Origin: Desulfatiglandales bacterium
GTDB lineage: Bacteria; Desulfobacterota; DSM-4660; Desulfatiglandales; Desulfatiglandaceae
Direction of reading: 5' to 3'
DNA: 64,000 nucleotides
Assembly: GCA_963662465.1 (NCBI GenBank)
Contig: OY759599.1
Span: 544,001 to 608,000, forward strand
The position numbers and the translations under genes were made by a program. Positions 48,132-56,658 of the stretch are shown in pieces. Numbering within the stretch: position 1 is the first letter of the stretch; the number at the start of each line of letters is the position of its first letter. Below the pieces are notes generated by a model. The model did no database searches and was not told the DNA's origin. It was given only the letters and a program-made list of their open reading frames with translations.

Positions 48132-48568
48132 TCGATTATTGGGCAATTTGATCCTTTGGTTATTTTGAGATAAGTCGCGGTCTAGACATTATCGATGTAT
48201 GGTACGGTGCATAGTCCATAATCTCATGCGTTATGAGAAATAGGCCACCGGTCAGGAAGCTACTTACCGGGAAAATCATGAATCTTATGATTCCGAGCAA
48301 CGCGAACCGGGTTAAGAGCGATATTTGAATGGACTTTTGCGGAGGGGGGTACAAGGAGATATATCCCCCCAGACCCCTCGACCATCCCACCCCGCCACAA
48401 TGAAGCCCGTCATTTCGCATGCAGTCCGGGGCGCACGGCGCACAGTCCCTGCCAGGTTCAAACTCAACCAGCCGAGCGCCCCCGTAGAGCGGGGTTTCCG
48501 GTCTGGTCATTCCATAGCAGGGTCCGGAAGTTACTGAAAAGTGTCCCTGGCATTGTAAGTTCTGTCAT

Positions 48569-48845
48569 AATGTCATTGGACGAGCGGTTATCATTGAGGG
48601 GGCCAAACTGCTCTCATGGGGGACGGGGTCTTTCTGGGCAGCTGGGGCACTTATGGCACTGGGTGCATCCACAGCCGGTGTTCAAACCTGCATTATCGGG
48701 AGACTGGCCATCGAGATCGGAAAAAATGATGGCCGGCCTTTGAACGGCAGTACGGGGCATCGGATCATAAAGGAGGCGAAGTCGGATTATGACGCATTTG
48801 TTTCCGACTGGAAGTCGAAAAAGTGAGCATGGCAAGCCGGCATAG
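48569..48845 (+). pseudogene. C-terminal gene fragment (weakly DUF697-like)
   Basis: Protein-like frame HNVIGRAVIIEGAKLLSWGTGSFWAAGALMALGASTAGVQTCIIGRLAIEIGK...GKPA* with no clear start. Confidence 0.4.
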
Positions 48846-48894
48846 TTCGGCGTCGGGCATGCGGCAAAAGCAGACAGATACCGAAGAAAGATTG

Positions 48895-49482
48895 ATGGTG
48901 AAGGCGCACATGAAAACCAGGCAAGCGAAACTGAGGGAATTGAGAAAATATACAAATTATACAGCAGGTCTTTCAGCGTGCGTCAAATCGCTTGATCAAG
49001 CAGAAGGGAACATGGGCAAAGCAACACTTTTTCTTCTGGAAAACGGTTTTGCGGAAAATAGAAATCCTCATCCCAAATGCCGCGTTCCAGAATCCATGCC
49101 CTCAATATCGGCATATATCGTAACAAAAGCCCTTTTGTTCCTAAGCATGGGCCCCGAAATCTACCGCAGACAGGATGCTTTCAGAATGCCGGACGCAAAA
49201 TGGGATGAAGAAACCCTTGAGGAGATTGAATCCTGTTACAGACAGTTAGCTGACGGAAAGGGTTTCAAAAGTGAATATCCAATAGAAAGCGTCAGCGTGG
49301 AAGGCTTTTATGCCGCCATGAGTACCCTTCATTTTCAAGTGGTTTCTCATGCCGCATTTTTGATCGATGGGGGTGAAGGGATGATCGATGAAATGCTTTT
49401 TGAGCATCTGGTGGACAAACGGCAGATCACGTTGTTCAACAAAGCGGATTTTCTTGAGGATCCTTTTCTTTCTTCGCTGTAA
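48895..49482 (+). CDS. Hypothetical protein with EF-Ts N-terminal (UBA-like) similarity
   Basis: KLRELRKYT...AGLSACVKSLDQAEGNMGKATLFLLENG resembles the EF-Ts N-domain. Start uncertain. Confidence 0.6.
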   Translation: MVKAHMKTRQAKLRELRKYTNYTAGLSACVKSLDQAEGNMGKATLFLLENGFAENRNPHPKCRVPESMPSISAYIVTKALLFLSMGPEIYRRQDAFRMPDAKWDEETLEEIESCYRQLADGKGFKSEYPIESVSVEGFYAAMSTLHFQVVSHAAFLIDGGEGMIDEMLFEHLVDKRQITLFNKADFLEDPFLSSL

Positions 49483-49690
49483 ACGCCAAAATTTTCACGA
49501 AAGCGAACGAATGAAATTGCCGGCGGCAGTTTGAGAGATAAGAAAATGCGGTACTGGTATATGAGTTATATTTGCGCAAAACCTGTTGATTCTCTTGCAG
49601 TATCTAGTTCTTTCCTGTATAATTTTTTTTATTGTAGTAGTCTAAAACGGTTGAAACGGGGAAAGGGCGGGAGCCAAAACCAAAAATCGG

Positions 49691-50086
49691 ATGAGTGACA
49701 CCGTCGTATTTGCATTTTAAACGGACAATTTCATCTTTGAAATTGATGATTACAGGGGTATTCCAGTAAGGCTTTCCCGGTCTGTGTGGCAGGATAAAAT
49801 TCTTTCCGATAGCCCTGTCGGACATCCCGAAGTCGTACCTCATGCGGACATACTCCCCGAAGCAATTCGGCGGCCTGACGTCGTCTTTTGCAGTACGCGA
49901 CGACCGGACACCCATTTGTTTTACAAACTTCATGTTGATGAAAGTAAACATTATATCGTCATTGTCGTAAAATACGTTCTTGAAGACAAATGCAGGGTCG
50001 GATACGTCACCACGGTCTATTTGACCGGCAAGCTTTATTCCAAAGGAGATATTTTATGGACGCTGCAACCCAAGAAGACCCATTGA
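49691..50086 (+). pseudogene. Putative toxin (PBECR/BrnT-like) with early in-frame TAA
   Basis: ATG 49691, TAA 49718-49720, then FEIDDYRGIPVRL...GHPEV...AIRRPD...YIVIVVKY...GYVTTVY; overlaps DUF2283-like gene. Confidence 0.55.
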
Positions 50087-50337
50087 CAGTTCAATATGAT
50101 GCCGAGCAGAATATCCTGTATCTCCTCTTTTCCTCAAAGGCCCAAAAGGCTATTGCAGAAGAGATGGACGACGAAGTTTTTGTGCGTTACGATCCGGAAA
50201 CCCGTAAGGTGATCAGTCTGGAATTCTTGAATTTCCAGGAACGGATTGCAAACATCTTCGGCCCGGACGTCAAATACCTGGGGTCCGAAAAACCGGAACG
50301 CGTATTGTTTACAGTGTCGGGCCGGAACGAAAAGTAG
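50056..50337 (+). CDS. DUF2283-like putative antitoxin
   Basis: VQYDAEQNILYL, EEMDDEVFVRYDPET.KVISLEFLN; AAGGAG SD. Confidence 0.8.
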   Translation: MDAATQEDPLTVQYDAEQNILYLLFSSKAQKAIAEEMDDEVFVRYDPETRKVISLEFLNFQERIANIFGPDVKYLGSEKPERVLFTVSGRNEK

Positions 50338-50433
50338 TCCTGGACTGGGAATGTCATGGAGACCTGAAGAAATACAGGCTCATCCTGGATTAATGTGAAA
50401 ACTTCCCCGTCGACGGGGGTCTGATGTATCTCA

Positions 50434-50499
50434 GGCCTGAAGGGCCGTGACATACCAGCTCAGGGCAACGCCCTGGGAAACAGATAGCCCTTTCAGGGT
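50434..50499. repeat. REP-like interspersed palindromic element
   Basis: GGCCTGAAGGGCC...AGCTCAGGGCAACGCCCTGGG...GCCCTTTCAGGGT between convergent genes. Confidence 0.6.
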
Positions 50500-50515
50500 T
50501 TTCCGAATGCCTCTA

Positions 50516-51151
50516 TTACTGGCCCGTCAGATGGAAAGCGCCCTTAATGCCCACCACCAGGAACTCAATGGAAAGGGCCAGGAGAATGAGCCCCATCACC
50601 CGGGTGAGGACCTGCTGGCCCGTGTGCCCCAGAAATCGCCCGATCTGTTCCGCCAGGGCCATGGCCACCCACAAAACGACGCTCAGTCCGGCGATAATTC
50701 CCACGAGAATCAACCGCGAGGCAAAAGCACTGCACAGCTCCGCATCGATAATGGAGACGCTGATGGCCGCCGGCCCCGCCATCAGGGGGATGGCTAGGGG
50801 CACCACAGCGATGTTGGCATCCTTGGTTTGGGCTTCCTCATGTTCCTTGCCGCTGTACCGCATTCCTTCTTTTTCGGCACGGGCCATGGAAATGGCCATG
50901 AGGAAAATCAGCAGGCCCCCGGCGATACGGAAATCATTGATGGTGATGCCGAAAAAAGAGAGAACATGCTGACCGCCGAAAACGGAGATCATCATGATGA
51001 TGAAAACCGCGATGGACGTGGTGAAAGCCACCTTCATCTTTTGCCCCTTATCCATCCCTCCCGTGAGTCCCAGAAACACGGGGATGAGGACAAAAGGGTT
51101 CAGCATGATGAACAAACCGGTGGTTATTTTGATGTAATTGGGATCGTGCAT
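50516..51151 (-). CDS. MarC-family membrane protein
   Basis: LNPF..IPVF, FRIAGG, VVPLAIPLMAGPAAI, TRVMGLIL. Confidence 0.93.
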   Translation of the reverse strand: MHDPNYIKITTGLFIMLNPFVLIPVFLGLTGGMDKGQKMKVAFTTSIAVFIIMMISVFGGQHVLSFFGITINDFRIAGGLLIFLMAISMARAEKEGMRYSGKEHEEAQTKDANIAVVPLAIPLMAGPAAISVSIIDAELCSAFASRLILVGIIAGLSVVLWVAMALAEQIGRFLGHTGQQVLTRVMGLILLALSIEFLVVGIKGAFHLTGQ

Positions 51152-51211
51152 ACGCCTGTCATCTCCTCTCTGTTTCGGGTATCTCCTGAATCCATCGCTT
51201 GCCGGCCCCCA

Positions 51212-53008
51212 TCAATAGTAATACCAGATGGTTCGATACAGCGACATGTTTTCTCCCACGGCTTTCAACCGCTGGAGATATTGATAAATGGATACGTCCG
51301 TGTAAAGGTAGGTATTTGCCAGTTGCAGTTTCTTTTCCCAGGGGTGAAATTCGTAAACCCGTCGACCATCGGGCAACAGCGATATGACGTCCCGGTGCTG
51401 GACGGCTCTCAGGTAGTTTTTTCCCAGACCCGGCACGTTGAAAACGATTTCATCGGTGCGGGCTGATCCCGGCAGCAGTCGGGCTTCTTCCTGTTGTTCC
51501 TGCAGGAGCCGCGGGATGGGGACACGGTAGTCATCGGTTTCTTCTTTGCCTTTGGTGTTAAAGGTATAATAGGGCGTAACGCCGATGAGTCTTAATTTGA
51601 GCCGAAGGGCCGCAGCCTCGAATTTGCGGGAATTGTAACGGGTGTATACCAGCTGGTTGTAGACTTTGATGCCGTTTCGAATGAATTTCTGGACGGCGGT
51701 CATGCATTGGGGCGTAATTTCATAGGTGTGTTCAAAATGGGTGACGATGAGGATTTCCCTTTTGCCGGGGGCATGAAACCGACTGATGACGCGGAGCAGT
51801 GAATCGGTCATGCGCTGGGGCAGGGTGACCGGCGTGCGGGTACCGATCCGGATGCGTTTGACATGGTCGATATTCGACAGCTTGCGCAGCAGGTATTCAA
51901 TTTTTGTGTTGCTCAACAGCAAAGGGTCGCCCCCCGTGATCAACACCTCCATGATTTCAGGCCTGTCGGCGATCCATTTTATGGCGGCATCCGTCTTCTC
52001 GCGGGAGAGCGCGGCGTTTGGGGAATAGACATCCTCAATTTCCCAGTTTCTTTGACAGTAAACACATATCTGGGGACAGGTCAGGATCGGTTTCAGGATG
52101 ACGATCATGGGGTATCGTCGGGTAATTCCTTCAATGGGGGAGGTGTCCCGCTCCAGCATGAAATCCATGGAGGCCTCATGTTTTTCCCTCAGCGCCTTCA
52201 ATTTATGGACATAATTTAAGGGGGGGATCACCTGGGCGCGGACGGCATAGTCCATTTTGCGATCCGCCTGGTGGTCCATGAGCGAAAGGTAATAGGGGGT
52301 GATGCCGAATGGGATACGATTTTCCCTGGCCAGGCGAACGGCTTCGTATTCATCGTCGGAGAGTTTCACCAGTGCTTTCAAGGTTTCCGCATTTCGAATA
52401 ATATGCCGGGTTTGCCATTTCCAGTCGTTCCATTCCTGTTCCGTTGCCTGGAAATATTTCAGGATGCGTGATGTGTTGGTGCTTCGCTTGCGGATAATGG
52501 CGTTGTCGAGACCGCAGGGATACCGATCAATCTGCTGTTGCGCCGCCCTGCCCATTCTGGCAAGATCCACGGATCTCAGTTTGGCGGCCTTTTGGCCCTC
52601 ATGTTTGGAAAATATCGGGGGTTTATCGGGATAAATGCCGGATTTTCCCATGAGTCCCTTGAGCAGATGTTCCAGTTCCGCAAAAAAATCGGGGGTCGGT
52701 TTTTCAATGTCCGAGATGTCTTCTTTGTAAAGCAGGTCATTGACATATTGGAGAAAACTGTATTCCGCAAGCCTTTCACTTCTGGGCGATAAAATGGTGC
52801 GAAACACGCGAATGGCGTCGCGGACCAGAATCCACTCAAGGGGCGAAAGGGTTTCATCGTCATGAGTTGTCTCAAGCAAACTGGAAAGGAACTCCCGCAA
52901 TTTCTCCCTTTGGGCATCTATCGAAGGGGTTGAAAGGAACGCTTCCTTCAAAGGCGGCGCTATATCAAATATTCGCAGCAGTTTATTTCGAATTTTTGCT
53001 TTTTCCAT
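51212..53008 (-). CDS. KamA-family radical SAM protein (lysine 2,3-aminomutase-like), long form
   Basis: WNDWKWQ, ITPYY, RRYP, CPQICVYCQR, ITGGDPL, RIGTRTPV. ATG 53008 follows GGGAGG. Confidence 0.9.
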   Translation of the reverse strand: MEKAKIRNKLLRIFDIAPPLKEAFLSTPSIDAQREKLREFLSSLLETTHDDETLSPLEWILVRDAIRVFRTILSPRSERLAEYSFLQYVNDLLYKEDISDIEKPTPDFFAELEHLLKGLMGKSGIYPDKPPIFSKHEGQKAAKLRSVDLARMGRAAQQQIDRYPCGLDNAIIRKRSTNTSRILKYFQATEQEWNDWKWQTRHIIRNAETLKALVKLSDDEYEAVRLARENRIPFGITPYYLSLMDHQADRKMDYAVRAQVIPPLNYVHKLKALREKHEASMDFMLERDTSPIEGITRRYPMIVILKPILTCPQICVYCQRNWEIEDVYSPNAALSREKTDAAIKWIADRPEIMEVLITGGDPLLLSNTKIEYLLRKLSNIDHVKRIRIGTRTPVTLPQRMTDSLLRVISRFHAPGKREILIVTHFEHTYEITPQCMTAVQKFIRNGIKVYNQLVYTRYNSRKFEAAALRLKLRLIGVTPYYTFNTKGKEETDDYRVPIPRLLQEQQEEARLLPGSARTDEIVFNVPGLGKNYLRAVQHRDVISLLPDGRRVYEFHPWEKKLQLANTYLYTDVSIYQYLQRLKAVGENMSLYRTIWYYY

Positions 53009-53344
53009 GTTGTCCTCCCTGTTTGGTTGATATCCGACCACCGAGCCCCCGGGTCTACCACAGCTTCTACCAGGCGCCGGTTGATGAACAATCGCGAAGT
53101 GGTTTTATAAGCAACCGTGCGGCTGTATAGATTCTCTGAAAAAAGGTTCTTTTACCGAATTCATTCGGCTGTTGTATTCTGAACCACTGAATGGAATTGG
53201 GACGGAAATTCTATTTGTAAAAATTCCTACTCCTGTTATATTAGGAAAAAGAAAAAATAAAAGCAACGATCTTCTTCCAATTTTGGCCGAAGACCGGTAT
53301 TGATTTTTCCTCTTTTAACATCGTTTCCAAAGGGAATACACATC

Positions 53345-54403
53345 ATGCTGACCAAAAGACTCAAAAGGCTGACGCCTTATGTTCCGGGAGAACAGCCCCA
53401 GGACAGAACATATATTAAACTGAACACCAATGAAAATCCCTATCCTCCCACGCCTGAAATCAGCCCCTTTTTGAAGGCATTTGAGATTGAACGGTTGCGA
53501 CTTTATCCTGACCCCCTGTTCGGTCCCCTCAGGGAGGCGATTTCAAAACGCTACCATGTCGATAAGACCCAGGTTTTTGTGGGAAATGGTTCCGACGAGG
53601 TTCTGGCCTTTGCTTTTTATGCGTTTTTTGACAGTGCCGGGGGAAAGCTGCTGTTCCCTGAATTCAGTTACAGTTTCTATCCGGTTTATTGCGATTTTTA
53701 TGGCATTGAATATCGGAAGATGCCATTGACCGAGGCGTTTGCCATCGAGATCAATGACTATCTCGGGGTAGATTTTTCCTGCGGCATTGTTTTCCCGAAT
53801 CCCAATGCCCCTACCGGGATAGTGCTGCCCCTGGCAAAAATTGTGGAACTACTGGAACGATACCCCGAAGATCGGGTTGTCGTTATTGACGAGGCCTATA
53901 TTGATTTCGGGGGGGAGAGCGCTGTTTCCCTTATTAACCGCTTCAAGAATCTTTTGGTCATCAGAACCTTTTCTAAAAGCATGTCCCTTGCGGCCTTGAG
54001 ACTGGGGTTTGCCATGGGGGATGAAAAGCTTGTAAATGCGCTTTTCGCGGTAAAGGATTCATTTAATTCCTACCCCGCCGATCTTCTGGCGCAGAAAATC
54101 GGCGAGATTGCCATCAAGGATACGCCATACTATACGGCCATCACAAAGAAAATCATTGAGAGCAGAAAATTCCTTTCGGAACAGCTTAAGGTCCTTGGCT
54201 GGAATGTTCTGCCCTCCGGGGCCAATTTTATATTTGCGGGAAAAACGGGTTTGACCGGCGAAACCATCTATACCCGGCTGAAACAGGAAGGGATACTGGT
54301 GCGGTATTTCAACATCGAGGGCATTAAGAATTTTGTTCGGATTACCGTCGGCACGGAAAAGGAGATCGAATCCCTCATGACGTCCATCAGGACGCTTTTT
54401 TGA
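53345..54403 (+). CDS. hisC: Histidinol-phosphate aminotransferase
   Basis: PYVPGEQP, KLNTNENPYPP, GNGSDE, NPNAPTG, DEAYIDF, RTFSKS. Confidence 0.93.
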   Translation: MLTKRLKRLTPYVPGEQPQDRTYIKLNTNENPYPPTPEISPFLKAFEIERLRLYPDPLFGPLREAISKRYHVDKTQVFVGNGSDEVLAFAFYAFFDSAGGKLLFPEFSYSFYPVYCDFYGIEYRKMPLTEAFAIEINDYLGVDFSCGIVFPNPNAPTGIVLPLAKIVELLERYPEDRVVVIDEAYIDFGGESAVSLINRFKNLLVIRTFSKSMSLAALRLGFAMGDEKLVNALFAVKDSFNSYPADLLAQKIGEIAIKDTPYYTAITKKIIESRKFLSEQLKVLGWNVLPSGANFIFAGKTGLTGETIYTRLKQEGILVRYFNIEGIKNFVRITVGTEKEIESLMTSIRTLF

Positions 54404-54513
54404 TGGCCGGTTGTTTCGTATCGTCGGCTGAAAAGCCTTGCGCCGTCTATATCGCTGGGATATAATCTTCCAATAAACAATGTGAAACACTTAAGAAACA
54501 GAGGGCTTTTCTC

Positions 54514-55710
54514 ATGCCGGAAACGGTTTTTATCGTAGACGACAACATGGTAAACCGGAAATTGCTGGCCGCTATCTTGAAAAAAGAGGGTTATGCGCTT
54601 CTGGAGGCTGAAGATGGGGAACAGGCGGTGGCAATGACCTTTCGGGAGATGCCGGATTTGATTCTGCTTGACATCATGATGCCCAAGAAGGATGGCTACG
54701 AAGTTTGTCTCGAACTCAAGAAAGACAGCCGGACCGCCAATATTCCCATCATATTTTTGTCCGCCAAAAGCCAGACGGAAGACAAGATAAAGGGACTTGA
54801 TCTCGGGGGCGCCGATTATGTCACCAAGCCCTTTGACCGGGGGGAGGTACTTGCCCGGGTGCGGGCCCAGTTGAAAATCGCAAGGCTTACCCGGGAACTG
54901 ATCGGCGCCAATGAGGAACTGGTCAGTAAACAGGATAAACTGGATGAAGATTTAAAGGCTGCCGCGGGGATACAACGGAGTCTACTGCCCCAAAGCATTC
55001 CCCAGGTGGCCGCCCTCGATATGGCCTGGCGGTTTATGCCCTGCGACAGGATCGGAGGGGATATCTTCAACGTGGTGCGATTGGACGAGGACCATTGGGG
55101 CATTTATATGCTGGATGTCAGCGGCCATGGCGTGCCGTCGGCTCTGGTTTCGGTTTCGGTGTCTCAGATGCTCCATGCCCAACATGACCGTCTGCTCAAA
55201 AAGAACACAAAAGAGGCGCCATACTACGAGATTGTTCCCCCTTCCCAGGTGCTGAACGCCCTCGACCGGGAATACCCCATTGATCGCTTCGATAAGTATT
55301 TTACCATGAGCTATATTATCATCGATACGCAATCGAACCGCATTACTTACAGCAATGCCGCCCATCCCCCGCCGGTATTGCTCCACAGGGATGGAGCATT
55401 GGAGTTGCTTGAGAAAGGGGGAACGATTATCGGTATGGGCGGCGTGCTGCCTTTCGAAGAGGGAACCGTCCGGGTCCGGCCCGGGGATCGTCTGTTTGTC
55501 TATACCGATGGCATTGTAGAGTATCGGAATGAGACAGGAGAATTGTATGGGGAAGAAAGGTTTTATGCCGAATTGTCCGCATTGAGGGACCGATCCATTG
55601 CCGGTCTTATCAATGGGGTTATCGATGCTATTATGAGATTCGGCAATCATCAACATCCTCAGGATGATATAACGCTGCTCGGGGTTGAATTCAGGATGGA
55701 TTCCGAATGA
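54514..55710 (+). CDS. Response regulator + PP2C/SpoIIE phosphatase (RsbU/RsbP-like)
   Basis: REC domain, then IQRSLLP, GGDIF, DVSGHGVPSAL, YTDG, DDITL. Confidence 0.93.
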   Translation: MPETVFIVDDNMVNRKLLAAILKKEGYALLEAEDGEQAVAMTFREMPDLILLDIMMPKKDGYEVCLELKKDSRTANIPIIFLSAKSQTEDKIKGLDLGGADYVTKPFDRGEVLARVRAQLKIARLTRELIGANEELVSKQDKLDEDLKAAAGIQRSLLPQSIPQVAALDMAWRFMPCDRIGGDIFNVVRLDEDHWGIYMLDVSGHGVPSALVSVSVSQMLHAQHDRLLKKNTKEAPYYEIVPPSQVLNALDREYPIDRFDKYFTMSYIIIDTQSNRITYSNAAHPPPVLLHRDGALELLEKGGTIIGMGGVLPFEEGTVRVRPGDRLFVYTDGIVEYRNETGELYGEERFYAELSALRDRSIAGLINGVIDAIMRFGNHQHPQDDITLLGVEFRMDSE

Positions 55711-55744
55711 GGAATCCATAGGAACCTTAGAAGGGACGGTTGAC

Positions 55745-56182
55745 ATGGGATTAAGGAAAGTGAAAATCATCATTGAAAGCGATCTGGATGATATTCCCCT
55801 GGTGGGAATCGCCGTAAACAGGTTTTGCTCCTATGCCGCTTTCTCCGAAACCGATGCTTTCAATATTGAGTTGTGCGTCATTGAAGCCGTTACCAACAGC
55901 ATTAAACATGCTTACGGGGAAAAAACGGGGGAGGAAGTGGTGGTCATTTTCACGTTTTCAGATAGCGAAGCTGTCTTTGAGATTTGCGACAAGGGGAAGC
56001 CCATGGATCCGGAAAGACTGAAAAAAGCGGATCTGACCACCGCTCATTGTGAAACTCAGAGTATTGAGACTCTGGCGGAATGCGGTAGGGGGTTGGGGAT
56101 CATGAAAGAGATTATGGACGGTGTTGACTATCGTTCGGAAAATGGTATTAACTGTTTAATTTTAAAAAAAAATATTTTATGA
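55745..56182 (+). CDS. Anti-sigma factor Ser/Thr kinase (RsbW-like)
   Basis: EAVTNSIKHAY, D.GKP.D, GRGLGIM. Confidence 0.9.
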   Translation: MGLRKVKIIIESDLDDIPLVGIAVNRFCSYAAFSETDAFNIELCVIEAVTNSIKHAYGEKTGEEVVVIFTFSDSEAVFEICDKGKPMDPERLKKADLTTAHCETQSIETLAECGRGLGIMKEIMDGVDYRSENGINCLILKKNIL

Positions 56183-56247
56183 CGACGTCATTGGATTGAT
56201 TTAAATAATGAGCGGGTTGCATGTATCCCGATCAAGGAGAGTTGAGC

Positions 56248-56580
56248 ATGGAGATTGCGGAAAAGAGGATAGAGAATGTTGATGTGCTGAAGTTGACGGG
56301 CCGATTGGATGCCTCTTCATCCAAAAACCTGAAGGGGCGGGTGGATGCCCTGGTTAAGGAAAATCGAATTCGGTTGGTTGTCGATATGGCGGGGGTGGAT
56401 TTTATCGACAGTTCAGGTTTGGGCAGCCTGGTCTCATCCCTTCGGGTGGTGAATCGGGTGAATGGCGACATTAAAGTGGCCGCATTGCAGAAACAGGTTC
56501 GCAGTATTTTTGAATTGACGCGGTTGCACCGTATTTTCGGTATTTTTGATGATGCCGAAGCGGCCGCAAAGAGTTTTTAG
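56248..56580 (+). CDS. STAS anti-anti-sigma factor (RsbV-like)
   Basis: GRLDA, VDFIDSSGLG, FELTRL. Confidence 0.93.
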   Translation: MEIAEKRIENVDVLKLTGRLDASSSKNLKGRVDALVKENRIRLVVDMAGVDFIDSSGLGSLVSSLRVVNRVNGDIKVAALQKQVRSIFELTRLHRIFGIFDDAEAAAKSF

Positions 56581-56608
56581 AGATTCCAGGAACAAACCTG
56601 AACCGGAT

Positions 56609-56634
56609 GTAGGGGCGAAAAATCTTTCGCCCTA
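56609..56634. repeat. GTAG-type REP palindrome
   Basis: GTAGGGGCGAAAAATCTTTCGCCCTA; related copy at 59285. Confidence 0.7.
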
Positions 56635-56658
56635 ATGGCCGAAACGATGATCAAGGTC

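Noticed and set aside
48251..48258. GTCAGGAA matching the start of the CRISPR repeat
   Set aside because: Only 8 nt, with no hairpin or spacer periodicity
48614..48955. Minus-strand ORF with Cys cluster (CTQCHKCPSC) suggesting a Zn-finger or IS91 fragment
   Set aside because: No transposase motifs; the plus-strand frame looks more protein-like
41525..50500. DGR template repeat, reverse transcriptase or cas genes in the island
   Set aside because: No AAC/AAT-rich copy of the VR, no YxDD RT ORF and no cas-like ORF were seen by eye anywhere in the window
53010..53200. Possible lysine riboswitch upstream of the KamA-family gene
   Set aside because: Some pairing is possible but I see no recognisable L-box core; needs an Rfam/Infernal scan
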